From contig OZ241329.1 in assembly GCA_965199825.1 (NCBI GenBank), positions 1,504,001 through 1,568,000 on the forward strand: a stretch of DNA of 64,000 nucleotides. Reading direction: 5' to 3'. This DNA is from Bdellovibrionales bacterium (lineage in GTDB: Bacteria > Bdellovibrionota > Bdellovibrionia > Bdellovibrionales > UBA1609). Positions 49,040-59,582 of the stretch are shown in pieces. Position 1 is the stretch's first letter. Every line of letters begins with the position of its first letter. The position numbers and the translations under genes are program-made. The notes under the pieces are model-generated. The model made no database searches. It saw only the letters and a program-made list of their open reading frames with translations, and was not told the DNA's origin.

Positions 49040-50491
49040 ATGAAATTAGTTGAGTTGTTTGCCATCTTTAAGCAATGGAAAATGGGCGATCACTGGGATA
49101 AAACTGTGGCCTTGCTTTCAACCGATTCAAAAAGCTGTGATGACAAAAGTGTGTTTATTGCGGTCAAAGGAAGCAGCAGCGACGGCCACCTGTTTTTAAA
49201 TGAAGTCTGTGATAAAAATCCTATAGGTATTGTGGTTCAAAAAGAGAGTTCAGTTCCCAACTCCTATCGCGGTGCTGTGGTCGAAGTCGATTCCACGCGA
49301 GAAGTTTTGGCGGTTCTTGCTTCAAGATTTTATCATGCGCCAAGCGATAAACTTCTTAGCTTTGGGGTCACGGGAACAAATGGCAAAACAAGCGTGACCC
49401 TGATGCTCGAAAAAATTTTGAATGACCATAAAGGTCCAACTGGAGTGGTCGGAACCATTGATCACCATCTTTTAAATAAAGTGTGGGACACACATCTCAC
49501 CACTCCCGACGTGATCACACTACAAAAACGTTTGAGCGATTTTGTTGAGATGGGTGCCAAAAATTTTGTGGGCGAAGTCTCATCTCATGCTTTAAAGCAG
49601 GGCCGATGTGACGGAATTCATTTTAACGTGGCGATCTTTACAAATCTCACTCGTGACCATCTTGATTATCATAAAGATTTTGATGACTATTTTCTATCTA
49701 AACAAAAACTATTTTTAGAAGGTTTAGAAAATTCAAAAAATCCGGTGGCGATCATCAATACCGACGACGAAGCCGGGGCTCAGCTAAAAATTTCGACGCG
49801 CGCAAAGGTAATCACTTATGGTCAAAACGACCAAACCTTTTCATTTCGAGTTTTAAAGCTGGGTTTAACCTCGACCGTATTTGAAGTTCAAAACACTCTT
49901 ATTGAGGTGCCCCTCGTAGGATTGCACAACGTTTACAATTGTGTGGCCGCCTTGGCCGCAAGTGTTGCGGTGGGTCTCTCATTAAACGATGCAGCCCAAT
50001 CTTTAAAAAATTTTGCTGGAGTGGCGGGTCGACTCGAGCGCGTCCCGACATCAAAAGAGTGTCATGTGTTTGTCGATTACGCTCACACTCCCGATGCTCT
50101 CGAAAAAGTTCTTGAAGGCCTCAAAGCGGTTGCACAAAAACGAATCCTTACGGTGTTTGGGTGCGGCGGTGATCGCGACCAAGGCAAAAGACCTTTGATG
50201 ACCAAAGCAGCACTCCAATTTTCGGATGTGGTGATTTTAACTTCAGATAATCCACGCACCGAAGATCCAATGACCATCATCAAAGATTGTCTTAGTGGAA
50301 TTACGAGCGAGGTGATCATCGAGGTGGACCGCAAAAAAGCGATCCATCAGGCTCTTCAAATGGCCAATAAAAATGATGTGGTGTTGATTGCGGGCAAAGG
50401 CCATGAGCAATATCAAATCATCGGCAAAACGCGCCATCCTTTTTCGGATGTGCAAGTGGCAAAGGAATTTGGTCATGAAATGGACGCGTGA
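49040..50491 (+). CDS. murE: UDP-MurNAc-tripeptide ligase (DAP-adding)
   Basis: GVTGTNGKTS, EVSSH, DHLDYH, DYAHTPD, DNPR. Confidence 0.96.
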   Translation: MKLVELFAIFKQWKMGDHWDKTVALLSTDSKSCDDKSVFIAVKGSSSDGHLFLNEVCDKNPIGIVVQKESSVPNSYRGAVVEVDSTREVLAVLASRFYHAPSDKLLSFGVTGTNGKTSVTLMLEKILNDHKGPTGVVGTIDHHLLNKVWDTHLTTPDVITLQKRLSDFVEMGAKNFVGEVSSHALKQGRCDGIHFNVAIFTNLTRDHLDYHKDFDDYFLSKQKLFLEGLENSKNPVAIINTDDEAGAQLKISTRAKVITYGQNDQTFSFRVLKLGLTSTVFEVQNTLIEVPLVGLHNVYNCVAALAASVAVGLSLNDAAQSLKNFAGVAGRLERVPTSKECHVFVDYAHTPDALEKVLEGLKAVAQKRILTVFGCGGDRDQGKRPLMTKAALQFSDVVILTSDNPRTEDPMTIIKDCLSGITSEVIIEVDRKKAIHQALQMANKNDVVLIAGKGHEQYQIIGKTRHPFSDVQVAKEFGHEMDA

Positions 50492-51875
50492 TGAAATCAT
50501 CAAGGCAACCGGTGCAAAACTATTGTCTTCTGCTGGTGAGCAATTTGATGGCATCAGCACTGACTCCCGCCAAAATCTAAATCAAACACTTTTTGTTGCC
50601 CTCAAAGGAGATGCCTTTGATGCACATGAGTTTTTGGAGCAAGCTCTCGAGCAGGGGGCCGCTGGAATTTTGATCCACGACCAAAAAAAACTAAATCCTG
50701 ATTTACTCAAACGAGCCACCGTATTTTTGGTCGACGACACTCTCACCGCGCTTGGCGATCTTGCCCACTTTTATCGTAAGAAATGTAAATTCAAAGTGAT
50801 TGGGATTACGGGATCGAACGGTAAAACCACAACCAAAGAATTTGCCCGCGAAATATTGGGTTCGTCATTTAAGGTTCATGCCAGTCGCGGAAGTTTTAAT
50901 AATCATTGGGGGGTGCCACTCACTCTGCTTTCTGCACCCGAGGATAGCGAAATTGTGATTCAAGAAATGGGCATGAATCATGTGGGTGAGTTAAAAAATC
51001 TTGCGCGCATTGCCGAGCCGGATGTGGTGTTGGTCACCATGGTGGGCCGTGCTCATATTGGAGAATTGGGTTCGCAAAAGATTGTGGCTCAAGCCAAGGA
51101 AGAAATCTATCTTGCGTGCCCCAATGCCCAAGCGATTTACAATTTGGATAATGAATGGACTCTCGACATGTTTTCAAGAAAGGGATCGCGCCCAAGGGTG
51201 ATCACTTTCTCATGCTTTAATGACAAAGCTGATGTGATGCTTCGGGCCACCCACATTCATCTTGATAGCTTAAAAGTGGTTGGCAGGATCAAAGATTTTG
51301 CGGTTGAGGCCGACATCATGGTGTCAGGCCGACAGCATCTTACCAATATTATGGCGGCCATTGCGATTGGTCTTGCTTGTGAGATGAAGCCCGATGCCAT
51401 TGCCAAACAACTTTTTGGTTTAAAAACAATTTGGGGACGCGGTCAGATTTTAAATCATACCTCAGGCGCAAAAGTTTTATTCGATGGCTACAATTCTAAC
51501 CCCGACAGTTGCTCGGCACTTTTGCGAAGCCTTTTAGAGATCGAAGTCTCGGGCCAGAAGATTGCGATTCTTGGCGAGATGCTTGAGCTTGGCGAATTCG
51601 CAAGTGCCGCCCATCATGATTTAGGTGAACTTGCAGCCGGTGTGGGATTTAGTCAAATTTGGTTTATCGGACCGCATGCTGCAGATTTTGAAAAAGGTTT
51701 GATCGCCGCCAAATCAAAGTCAGAATTATTCTCGAGCCCTCAGTTTGAGGACTCGATCGCATCCCAAATAGCCAAAAATTTAAAGCCGAATGATATTGTC
51801 GTGATCAAAGGGTCACGCGGTGTAAAAATGGAAAAAGTTTTGGAGAGCTGGAAAATTTCAGCACCAAAACCTTAA
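50475..51875 (+). CDS. murF: UDP-MurNAc-tripeptide D-Ala-D-Ala ligase
   Basis: GITGSNGKTTTK, NNHWGVP, EMGMNH, GEMLELG, KGSR. Confidence 0.96.
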   Translation: MKWTRDEIIKATGAKLLSSAGEQFDGISTDSRQNLNQTLFVALKGDAFDAHEFLEQALEQGAAGILIHDQKKLNPDLLKRATVFLVDDTLTALGDLAHFYRKKCKFKVIGITGSNGKTTTKEFAREILGSSFKVHASRGSFNNHWGVPLTLLSAPEDSEIVIQEMGMNHVGELKNLARIAEPDVVLVTMVGRAHIGELGSQKIVAQAKEEIYLACPNAQAIYNLDNEWTLDMFSRKGSRPRVITFSCFNDKADVMLRATHIHLDSLKVVGRIKDFAVEADIMVSGRQHLTNIMAAIAIGLACEMKPDAIAKQLFGLKTIWGRGQILNHTSGAKVLFDGYNSNPDSCSALLRSLLEIEVSGQKIAILGEMLELGEFASAAHHDLGELAAGVGFSQIWFIGPHAADFEKGLIAAKSKSELFSSPQFEDSIASQIAKNLKPNDIVVIKGSRGVKMEKVLESWKISAPKP

Positions 51876-53485
51876 TCCATTTCGGCAATAAAAACTCCAT
51901 AAGGCTCCAGCTGAACTTGAGATGCTGATTTCTTTACGCCGATTTCGAGCAGTGCATTCTTATATTTCATGCCGAGCCGATGCATCTTTTTGGACATATT
52001 CAACACCACCAAAATCTTTTGATCATTGTCCTGGCGGATAAATTGTAAAACCGAAGTGCTCGACATCGAGGTGTATTTTCCTTTTCTGAGCGCAGGATAA
52101 TTTTTCCTTAAGTGCAAAAGTTTTTTATAAACTGAAAATATTGAGTCCGGATTTTTTGATTCGAAGTCGACATTGGTGGTCTTTGCCGCTGGAGGGATTG
52201 GAAGCCAAGGTTTGGTGTCAGAAAAACCATCGCTTCCCCATTGCATCGGAGTTCTTGAGCCGTCGCGCCCTTTTTCTTTTGGCCATCCTGTGATGCCTAT
52301 GGGATCTTTGACCTCGCTTTTGTGGCGGGGCTCAGTGGTGAGCATGCCGATCTCTTCGCCGTAATACAAAATGGGAGTGCCGCGCAACGACAGATACAAA
52401 GCGGCCATCAGTTTTGCGATCGCCACATTGTTTTTGCCATCACCATAGCGATCACTCGAGCGCACAATATCATGGTTGCTGATCAAAAAAACGGGCCAGC
52501 CTTTGGCGCTATCGATATCGGTGATCTGTTTATGAAATTCTTTGGCCGAAAGTTTATTGACCGACGTAAACAACAGATCCATGGGCATCTGAAGCTCATC
52601 TTCATTTTCGCCGTAATATTTTTTTAATTCGTTGATATCGTTGGTCCAAGTTTCACCCACCAAAACCGCATCATGTTGATCTGCAATTTTGCGTAGCCCT
52701 TTTAGGACATCATGAACCTCTGGCAATTTTGTTGTGTATTGCTCTTTTAAGTTAGGATCGCCAAATTTATTTTTGCCCTTAAGAACGGGCTCGTCGCGCA
52801 ACTCTGGATCTTCAAAAAGTGTATCCACCGCATCCAAACGAAACCCTGAAACCCCGCGCTTGTACCACCACTCGGTGATTTCAAACATTGCCTCTTTGAC
52901 TTTTGGATTGCGCCAATTGAGATCGGGCTGTTCCTTATAAAAACGGTGATAATAGGATTGATCCATCGATGAGATATATTCCCAAGCCGATCCCCCAAAA
53001 ATCGAGATCCAATTGTTTGGCGGTTTTTGACCCTGATGCCAAATATAAAAATCGCGGTACTCTGGCGAAGTCTGCGATTTTTTAAACCATTCGTGTTGAT
53101 CCGAGGTGTGGTTTAAAACAAAATCCAAGATGATTTTGATATTTCGTTTTTTGGCTTCTTCGATCAGATGATCAAAATCTTTTAGTGTGCCAAATTGCGG
53201 ATCGATATTTTTGTAATCCGAGACATCATACCCAAAATCCACCTGGGGTGAGGGAAAGCAAGGTGTGATCCAAACCGCATCGACACCAAGGTCTTTAAGA
53301 TAATCTAATTTTGATGTGATGCCGTTGATATCGCCAATGCCGTCGTGATTGCTATCTTTAAAACTGCGAATGTACACTTCGTAAAATGCGGCATCCTTAT
53401 ACCAATTGGTGGGTTGGGCTTGGGTGTTGGTTTGGGCGTGAACCTGGGCTTGGGCCAAAAATAGAGATAGAAATAGACTGATCAT
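51872..53485 (-). CDS. GH13 alpha-glucosidase with signal peptide
   Basis: SFKDSN.DGIGD, VLNHTSD, GFRLDAV, VGE, NHD. Confidence 0.92.
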   Translation of the reverse strand: MISLFLSLFLAQAQVHAQTNTQAQPTNWYKDAAFYEVYIRSFKDSNHDGIGDINGITSKLDYLKDLGVDAVWITPCFPSPQVDFGYDVSDYKNIDPQFGTLKDFDHLIEEAKKRNIKIILDFVLNHTSDQHEWFKKSQTSPEYRDFYIWHQGQKPPNNWISIFGGSAWEYISSMDQSYYHRFYKEQPDLNWRNPKVKEAMFEITEWWYKRGVSGFRLDAVDTLFEDPELRDEPVLKGKNKFGDPNLKEQYTTKLPEVHDVLKGLRKIADQHDAVLVGETWTNDINELKKYYGENEDELQMPMDLLFTSVNKLSAKEFHKQITDIDSAKGWPVFLISNHDIVRSSDRYGDGKNNVAIAKLMAALYLSLRGTPILYYGEEIGMLTTEPRHKSEVKDPIGITGWPKEKGRDGSRTPMQWGSDGFSDTKPWLPIPPAAKTTNVDFESKNPDSIFSVYKKLLHLRKNYPALRKGKYTSMSSTSVLQFIRQDNDQKILVVLNMSKKMHRLGMKYKNALLEIGVKKSASQVQLEPYGVFIAEMD

Positions 53486-53902
53486 TAGCGGCCCCTTTAA
53501 TGGTTTTTTATTTTTTGAATTTTAGACCCGGTTTCATCCTATGCACAAGTGGGGAGATGCTAAATTTTGGCGGGTTGAATGTCAGATAAACTGAGGGGGA
53601 GAAAAGGCGATATTATAACCACGCAACTGCGATCTTTATCTCATGGTCAGTTTAAAGAGAGATTGGATTTTTACTGGAGCGATGAAAAGTGTTTTGGGGC
53701 ACCAGGCTCTTCTCAGGTTTTGTGTGATCTTAATTTAATTAACACTTTGAAGAGATTGTGCTTTCAATTGTGTTTCCTATCCGTAGAGCGCTATTCCAAA
53801 CGAGTGATGCTGGTAAATTTTTAAAATATTTCGCTCGTAAAAAATGACATTGCCCCAGCAAATATGATTGTATTTTGATATATATAAATATAGTTTATAG
53901 AA

Positions 53903-54430
53903 ATGAAACAGCTCTCATTTTTTAATCTCTCAAACCGGAAGAATTACGGTGGCGAAATGAAAGGCCGTCGCAAAACAATGCGGCCTTTAGACAAGAAGCG
54001 TTTACATCACGTGATTTTGAAATCGCGGCATGCCAAGGGCGACCGAAGCTTTAAAAAGTTCGACATGCAGATCCAATATAAAAATTTAATTTACTCAAAA
54101 GCTAAGAAATATGGAGTGCGTATTGCTGCCTATAGCAACGTGGGCAATCATTTTCATTTGCTCATCAAGTTTCAAGATCGCAATTTGATCAAAACTTTCT
54201 TTAAAGTGATTGCCGGAGTGATCGCGCGTCTTGCGGTTGGTGCACAAAAAGGCAAAAGGTTTGGCCGTTTTTGGGATTCGGTGCTGTTCACTCGCATCAT
54301 TAGCAAAGGTCGTGATGAACTTCGCATTTTTGATTATGTAGAAGCAAATTTAATTGAAGCGCACTTTGGGAAAGCGGCTCGTAAACATTTTGAAATGATT
54401 TGTAAGGAGTATTGGAAAGATCTTTTTTAA
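53903..54430 (+). mobile_element. RAYT/IS200-like Y1 HUH transposase
   Basis: HHVILK, GNHFHLL (HUH), RFWD, DYVEAN (catalytic Tyr); AT-rich, gene-free flanks. Confidence 0.8.
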
Positions 54431-54804
54431 AAAGCCACGCGCGTAAACTCTTGTTTGAATCAAACGCCGGGGCAGGGAACAACTGTTTGATTCACATTCA
54501 AAGCTGAGCTTGAATACCCTAAGGTCGGCTGATTGGACTATCAAACGGCGAGACCGCACATGAATAAAAAAATATTCTGCTCGCCCTCATCCTATCGGTC
54601 ACCTCTGTTTCAATCAGAGTGTAGGATGCAATTTAGAAATAAGGGGAGCACGCCTTCACTGACAGTGCTGACCATGGCGAACGTATTCCCATATCTTATC
54701 GATAGAATTGGCGAGTCCCAACAAATCAGTCACGCTGGCCAAGCTGTTATTTTGAGGCATTTCGACACCACATAAAATTCACCCACCAACTTCGACAACA
54801 AAAG

Positions 54805-55236
54805 TTAGGGCGAAGACGTCCCGCGATCGCCGGCAGGTGCTGACGGACCATTCGAGATACAAATGGCATAATTATTTAAACCTACCACTGAGTCACTAGG
54901 GCTGCGGGGGTTTGGCAGCATGTTTCTTGGGGCAAATCCCGCATCACATTTTTCTGATTTGTTTTTGACTTGGCAATTGGCGGAAGTCATCAAAAAATCG
55001 TTGGTGGCTTTCGACTTGAGCGCGCGTGGAACAATCATCACAGGGGAACAACCCACCGCTTTTATCTGAAGTTGTAAGATGCGGGCGCCGGCTGTGGTCA
55101 GCTGATCGGGTCCAGACGCACTCAAACCTAAAACTGTATCGTTACTTTTGAGCTCGTCTTCGCTAATACTGATGGTGCTGTCAAAAGCAAAGGCTGCAGG
55201 CGAACACAATAAAAAAACAAAAAACATTTTGGTCAT
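54805..55236 (-). CDS. Hypothetical secreted protein
   Basis: Signal peptide ending AFA; four Cys in the mature part. Confidence 0.65.
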   Translation of the reverse strand: MTKMFFVFLLCSPAAFAFDSTISISEDELKSNDTVLGLSASGPDQLTTAGARILQLQIKAVGCSPVMIVPRALKSKATNDFLMTSANCQVKNKSEKCDAGFAPRNMLPNPRSPSDSVVGLNNYAICISNGPSAPAGDRGTSSP

Positions 55237-55246
55237 TCCACTCGCC

Positions 55247-56164
55247 CTAATCCTGAAAGTATTTAGCCGTTAATCTTTGCTTACCAGAAGGAATCCGAAT
55301 GCGGTGCGATTTCACGAACGAAGGCACAATCCCTTTAACAAGCTCGGGGTTGAGCATCGCGAGCAGATCTTCGGTAGTCCCAATAGAATTGGCTAAGCCC
55401 GCCAGGTCGGTCCCGCCGGGTGCGGTGTAGTATTCAAAATCATGGGGCATCTGTTTTTGCACATCAGTAAACCCATATAGTTTAGGAGCCTTTGAGATCA
55501 GCATCGCTGCCAAGAGTTTTGGAATGTAGTCGCTGGTTTCTCTTGGAAAATCTGGAAATTTTGAGAGTTCCCAAAAGTTGCGTGAGCCATACTTGGTCAC
55601 AAGCCTTCGCAATCGATTCTCGCCCATATTGTAGGCGGCTGCGGTCAAGTACCACGAATCAAAAATGCGGTAGATGTCAGAAAGATAGCGAGCCGCTGCG
55701 ACCGTACTTTTATTAAAATCTCTGCGCTCATCGAGCCACCAATTTATTTTTAATCCGTAGCGATTGGCGGTACTTTCGATAAACTGCCAAAATCCTACCG
55801 CATCGGCATGAGAGGTTGCGGCAGCCGAAAATCCACTTTCGATCATTGCGATAAAAGCCAAATCTTGCGGCATCTTATTTTGACTCAACAATTTTTGCAT
55901 GTTGGGCATAAAGCGTGAGGAGCGCTGCAGGTAAGTTTTAAAAAATCGGCGGCCGTCGGTTTGGAAGTATTTAATCCACTGTTTTACTTTTGAATTGTAG
56001 GTGATGGGCAAATCAAAAAATGGTTTTGTATCCACAGGCGCAAACAAATTTTGGCGTGGTCTTTTGTCGCGCATGGCTTCTGCCACTTTTTTTATTTCAA
56101 GCGCCTGATCTAAACTTTCAACCGACGCATAAACATGAAGTGTGAATAAAAATATTTTTATCAT
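55247..56164 (-). CDS. Lytic transglycosylase (MltD-like)
   Basis: AMIESGF, AVGFWQF, DERRD, AAYNMGE, ET.DY.PK. Confidence 0.92.
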   Translation of the reverse strand: MIKIFLFTLHVYASVESLDQALEIKKVAEAMRDKRPRQNLFAPVDTKPFFDLPITYNSKVKQWIKYFQTDGRRFFKTYLQRSSRFMPNMQKLLSQNKMPQDLAFIAMIESGFSAAATSHADAVGFWQFIESTANRYGLKINWWLDERRDFNKSTVAAARYLSDIYRIFDSWYLTAAAYNMGENRLRRLVTKYGSRNFWELSKFPDFPRETSDYIPKLLAAMLISKAPKLYGFTDVQKQMPHDFEYYTAPGGTDLAGLANSIGTTEDLLAMLNPELVKGIVPSFVKSHRIRIPSGKQRLTAKYFQD

Positions 56165-56330
56165 CGAGTTCGATCTTAAGAGAGGTTTGTTTAAAGGTCG
56201 AGTCCCGATATTGCGGGTGTCAGTTCGCTGACATTGAGCGTGAGAATTTTGATGAGGACAAAAGTCGAATCAAAGCTTTATTGCGCGGTTAATGAGGCAA
56301 TCAGCTTGAGCACTCAGACAATCGTCTTGG

Positions 56331-56346
56331 TGGCACCATCATTGCT
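56331..56346 (+). promoter_or_regulatory. Sigma-54 promoter of the flgF operon
   Basis: TGGCACCATCATTGCT matches TGGCAC-N5-TTGCT, 26 bp upstream of flgF. Confidence 0.75.
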
Positions 56347-56372
56347 CAATTTGGGTACATGGGGGACACGAT

Positions 56373-57161
56373 TTGAGCACAAAAGGAATTTACACTGCAG
56401 TCAGCGGCGCCATAGCACAGAGTCAACGCCTCGATACCATCGCCAACAACATTGCGAATTCAAACACCACTGGATTTAAAAAAGACAATCAGGTGTTTAA
56501 TGAATATTTGTCGGCATACGAAAAACCACCAGATTCGATGACCATTCCACGCATCCCAGCAAGCACCGAAAATTTTTATGACTCTCAAGGTGCTGACCGA
56601 GCGTATGTCGATGCCGCAGGAACTTACACCTCACACACTCAAGGTGCATTGAAACCCACCGGATCAAATCTCGATTTGGCTATTGAAGGCTCGGGATTTT
56701 TTCAGGTGGACACTCCCCAAGGCACACGCTTTACCCGCAGCGGCTCGCTCAATATTGATGGCAGCGGTCAGTTGGTAAATAAAGAAGGTTTACCCATGTT
56801 GCTCGAGGGTGGTCAAAAGATTAATCTTCAATCCTCGAATGTGACGGTGTCTGAGCGCGGTGAAATATATGATGGCCAAAAATTATTGGGCCGTCTTGCA
56901 GTTGTTGATGTGCAAGATAAAGATGCGTTTGAAAAAGTCGGGAATTCTTTATTTCAGCTGAAAGCCAATTCCAAAGAAACTCTGAAGCCCGCTGATGATT
57001 GCAAAGTGATGCAAGGTTTTCTCGAAGGCAGCAACGTCAACATCGTTGAGGAAATGACCAATATGATTCAAGCCTCACGAGCGTTTGAAACCAATCAGCA
57101 AGCGATCAAGGCCTTTGATCAAATGGATGAAAAACTCGTTCGCGATGTCGCAAAGTTATAA
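56373..57161 (+). CDS. flgF: Flagellar rod protein FlgF
   Basis: IANNIANSNTTGFK, TRSG, LEGSNVN..EM. Confidence 0.92.
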   Translation: MSTKGIYTAVSGAIAQSQRLDTIANNIANSNTTGFKKDNQVFNEYLSAYEKPPDSMTIPRIPASTENFYDSQGADRAYVDAAGTYTSHTQGALKPTGSNLDLAIEGSGFFQVDTPQGTRFTRSGSLNIDGSGQLVNKEGLPMLLEGGQKINLQSSNVTVSERGEIYDGQKLLGRLAVVDVQDKDAFEKVGNSLFQLKANSKETLKPADDCKVMQGFLEGSNVNIVEEMTNMIQASRAFETNQQAIKAFDQMDEKLVRDVAKL

Positions 57162-57173
57162 GGGAAAAATTAA

Positions 57174-57959
57174 ATGATTAAATCACTCAATACCGCAGCA
57201 ACCGGAATGCAAGCTCAACAAACCAATATGGATGTGATTGCCAACAATATGGCAAACACCAACACCGTGGGTTTTAAAAGATCACGCGCTGAGTTTGAAG
57301 ATTTGATGTATCAAACTCACAAAGAGCCTGGTGCACAAACCGGAGCCAACAGTGTTTCGCCCACAGGTGTTCAAGTGGGTTTGGGTGTAAAGACTGCTGC
57401 GGTAAATAAAGATTTTGAGCAAGGCTCGGCGCAGATTACCAAAAACGCATTTGATTTAGAAATCGAAGGCGCTGGGTTTTTTCCTGTTCAACTTCCTAAC
57501 GGACAAATTGGTTACACCCGTGACGGCGCATTTAAAAAAGGTCCCGACGGAAGACTTCAAGATAAAAACGGAAATATTTTGCAACCCGAGATCGCGGTTC
57601 CACCAGACTCCTCTGGAGTTGAAATATCGGTGGATGGGCAAGTGAATGTGATTACCGCAGCAAATTCTCAGCCCCAAAATATTGGCCAAATCCAGGTTGT
57701 TGGATTTGTAAATCCTGCGGGCTTAAAAAACATGGGACGCAATATTTTTATGCCGAGCAATTCGAGCGGAACCCCACAACAATCTGTTCCGGGACAAAAC
57801 GGTTTGGGTTTAATCGCTCAAGGCCAACTTGAAACAAGTAATGTGAATATCGTTGATGAGATGGTCAATATGATCACGGCTCAAAGAGCCTACGAGACCA
57901 ACTCAAAAGTGATTCAGGCTTCGGATCAAATGATGCAACAAATAAATAACTTAAGGTAA
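57174..57959 (+). CDS. flgG: Flagellar distal rod protein FlgG
   Basis: ANNMAN.NTVGFK, FEDLMYQ, QVGLGV, AQRAYETNSK. Confidence 0.96.
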   Translation: MIKSLNTAATGMQAQQTNMDVIANNMANTNTVGFKRSRAEFEDLMYQTHKEPGAQTGANSVSPTGVQVGLGVKTAAVNKDFEQGSAQITKNAFDLEIEGAGFFPVQLPNGQIGYTRDGAFKKGPDGRLQDKNGNILQPEIAVPPDSSGVEISVDGQVNVITAANSQPQNIGQIQVVGFVNPAGLKNMGRNIFMPSNSSGTPQQSVPGQNGLGLIAQGQLETSNVNIVDEMVNMITAQRAYETNSKVIQASDQMMQQINNLR

Positions 57960-57966
57960 TTTTAAA

Positions 57967-58869
57967 GTGATTTGGTTTTTTTCAATTTTTGCTTTTGCTA
58001 GTGAGCCCACTCTTTCGGTCAAATCCTTGGTTTATACCGAAACGGCAGTGTCGCTTGCAGATGTGGCCGAGTTGAGCGACGTCTCAAAAGACGTTGTGGT
58101 GCTCGCCCAAAATTTTCAGTTGTGCGATGCTCCTGCCAAAGGTGAAAAGCGCACATTTTCGGCTCGTGCGATGAGCGAGCTGCTGCGCGCATTTTCAAAT
58201 CAACTCGCAAAGAAAAATCTAAGCGTTAAATTTGTTGTTCCCCAGTCGGTGACGATTGAGCGTCCACGTCTTGAATTGAGCGAAGCCATTGTGCGTGATC
58301 AGTTATTAAAAGCGTGGGGCGCTTCATGTAAGGAATGTAAACTTATTTTGTCGGATCTCCAGTTGCCAGTGCGTACACAGGTAAACGATTGGGAACTCCA
58401 AATCAAAAAAGAACTTCCACGCGGTCAGTTTTCGGTAGCGATCAAAATAAATAATAAAGATTTGGTTTGGCTCAAAGGACGACTTGAGATTCAGCGCGAG
58501 GTACCCGTGGCCAACCGGGCAATTTATTTCGGCGAGCGTTTGACTCAAGCTGATTTTCATACCGAGTTTCGTGATTCGACATTTTCAAACGACCGTGCTC
58601 TCAAACCAGAAGAGATCGATGGTCAAAGGTTGAAGAGCCCTGTGCGAGTGAACGATATTATTTCGCGCTCACAAATCGAAAAAGAAAAGGCCTTGGTCAA
58701 AGGAAGTATCGTGCGACTTAAGAGCAATGACTCTTCATTCGAGGTGAGTCTTGAGGCTCGCGCAGAGCAAGATGGTTTTGTTGGTGACACAGTCGCTGTC
58801 AGAAATTTGCAAAGCCAACATATTCTTCAAGCAACAGTCACAGGCAAAAGTGAGGTTTTGGCACAATGA
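57967..58869 (+). CDS. flgA: P-ring assembly chaperone FlgA
   Basis: SAF-like region; LVKG..A.QDG.VGDTV.VRN..S; operon position. Confidence 0.85.
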   Translation: MIWFFSIFAFASEPTLSVKSLVYTETAVSLADVAELSDVSKDVVVLAQNFQLCDAPAKGEKRTFSARAMSELLRAFSNQLAKKNLSVKFVVPQSVTIERPRLELSEAIVRDQLLKAWGASCKECKLILSDLQLPVRTQVNDWELQIKKELPRGQFSVAIKINNKDLVWLKGRLEIQREVPVANRAIYFGERLTQADFHTEFRDSTFSNDRALKPEEIDGQRLKSPVRVNDIISRSQIEKEKALVKGSIVRLKSNDSSFEVSLEARAEQDGFVGDTVAVRNLQSQHILQATVTGKSEVLAQ

Positions 58870-59582
58870 AAAAGCTTATCGTATTGGCATTGCTCTCAAC
58901 CGGTTGTGCGTCTTTAGGTCGTGAGTGGAAAGCATTTTTAAATGGTAATTTTCCAGGCTCACCCTCGGATTCTGAGCCGACCTATTCAGAGCGGTCAAAT
59001 ATTTTGCCACCTTCACAAAGGCAGTACCATCGGGTCACAAAACAAAGCTTGGAAAATGAAGCAGGTTTGGATGAGCGTTCGGGATCTCTTTGGGTGATGG
59101 AAGGCCAAGGTGCTTATCTTTTTGCTCATAATATTATGCGTATGACGGGCGATCCAATTCCAATCACTTTAGAGGGTGATCCAAAAACTCAGATTGAAAG
59201 TAAAGTGGGAGTGATCAAAAAGTTGGTGGATAAGATCGAGGCCCGCTATCGCGATCAAGGCGGAGATTCACAGCCTGCGGCCGAGGGTGCTCCGGCCGAA
59301 GCTCCCGCGCCACAAGCCACCGCTCAAAAACCAGATGACAAAAAAGAGAGCGACTTCAAGGTTGCAATTGTTCCCACTCGAATTGTTGAGCGAACCGCAG
59401 ATGGAAACTACCGAGTTAAAGGGGCTCAGCAATTTAATATCGGCACTCGAGAATATAAAGTGATTGTTACAGGAATTGTGCGCGCCGAGGATTTTTCAGA
59501 AGACGGCGTGAGCAGCACAAAATTAATGGATCCTAAATTTGATGTGGTAAGTGCTCGCAGCGAGGATAAACAAAAATTATGA
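58866..59582 (+). CDS. flgH: Flagellar L-ring protein
   Basis: Lipobox STGC, GSLW, GNYRVKG, VTGIVR.ED. Confidence 0.85.
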   Translation: MKKLIVLALLSTGCASLGREWKAFLNGNFPGSPSDSEPTYSERSNILPPSQRQYHRVTKQSLENEAGLDERSGSLWVMEGQGAYLFAHNIMRMTGDPIPITLEGDPKTQIESKVGVIKKLVDKIEARYRDQGGDSQPAAEGAPAEAPAPQATAQKPDDKKESDFKVAIVPTRIVERTADGNYRVKGAQQFNIGTREYKVIVTGIVRAEDFSEDGVSSTKLMDPKFDVVSARSEDKQKL

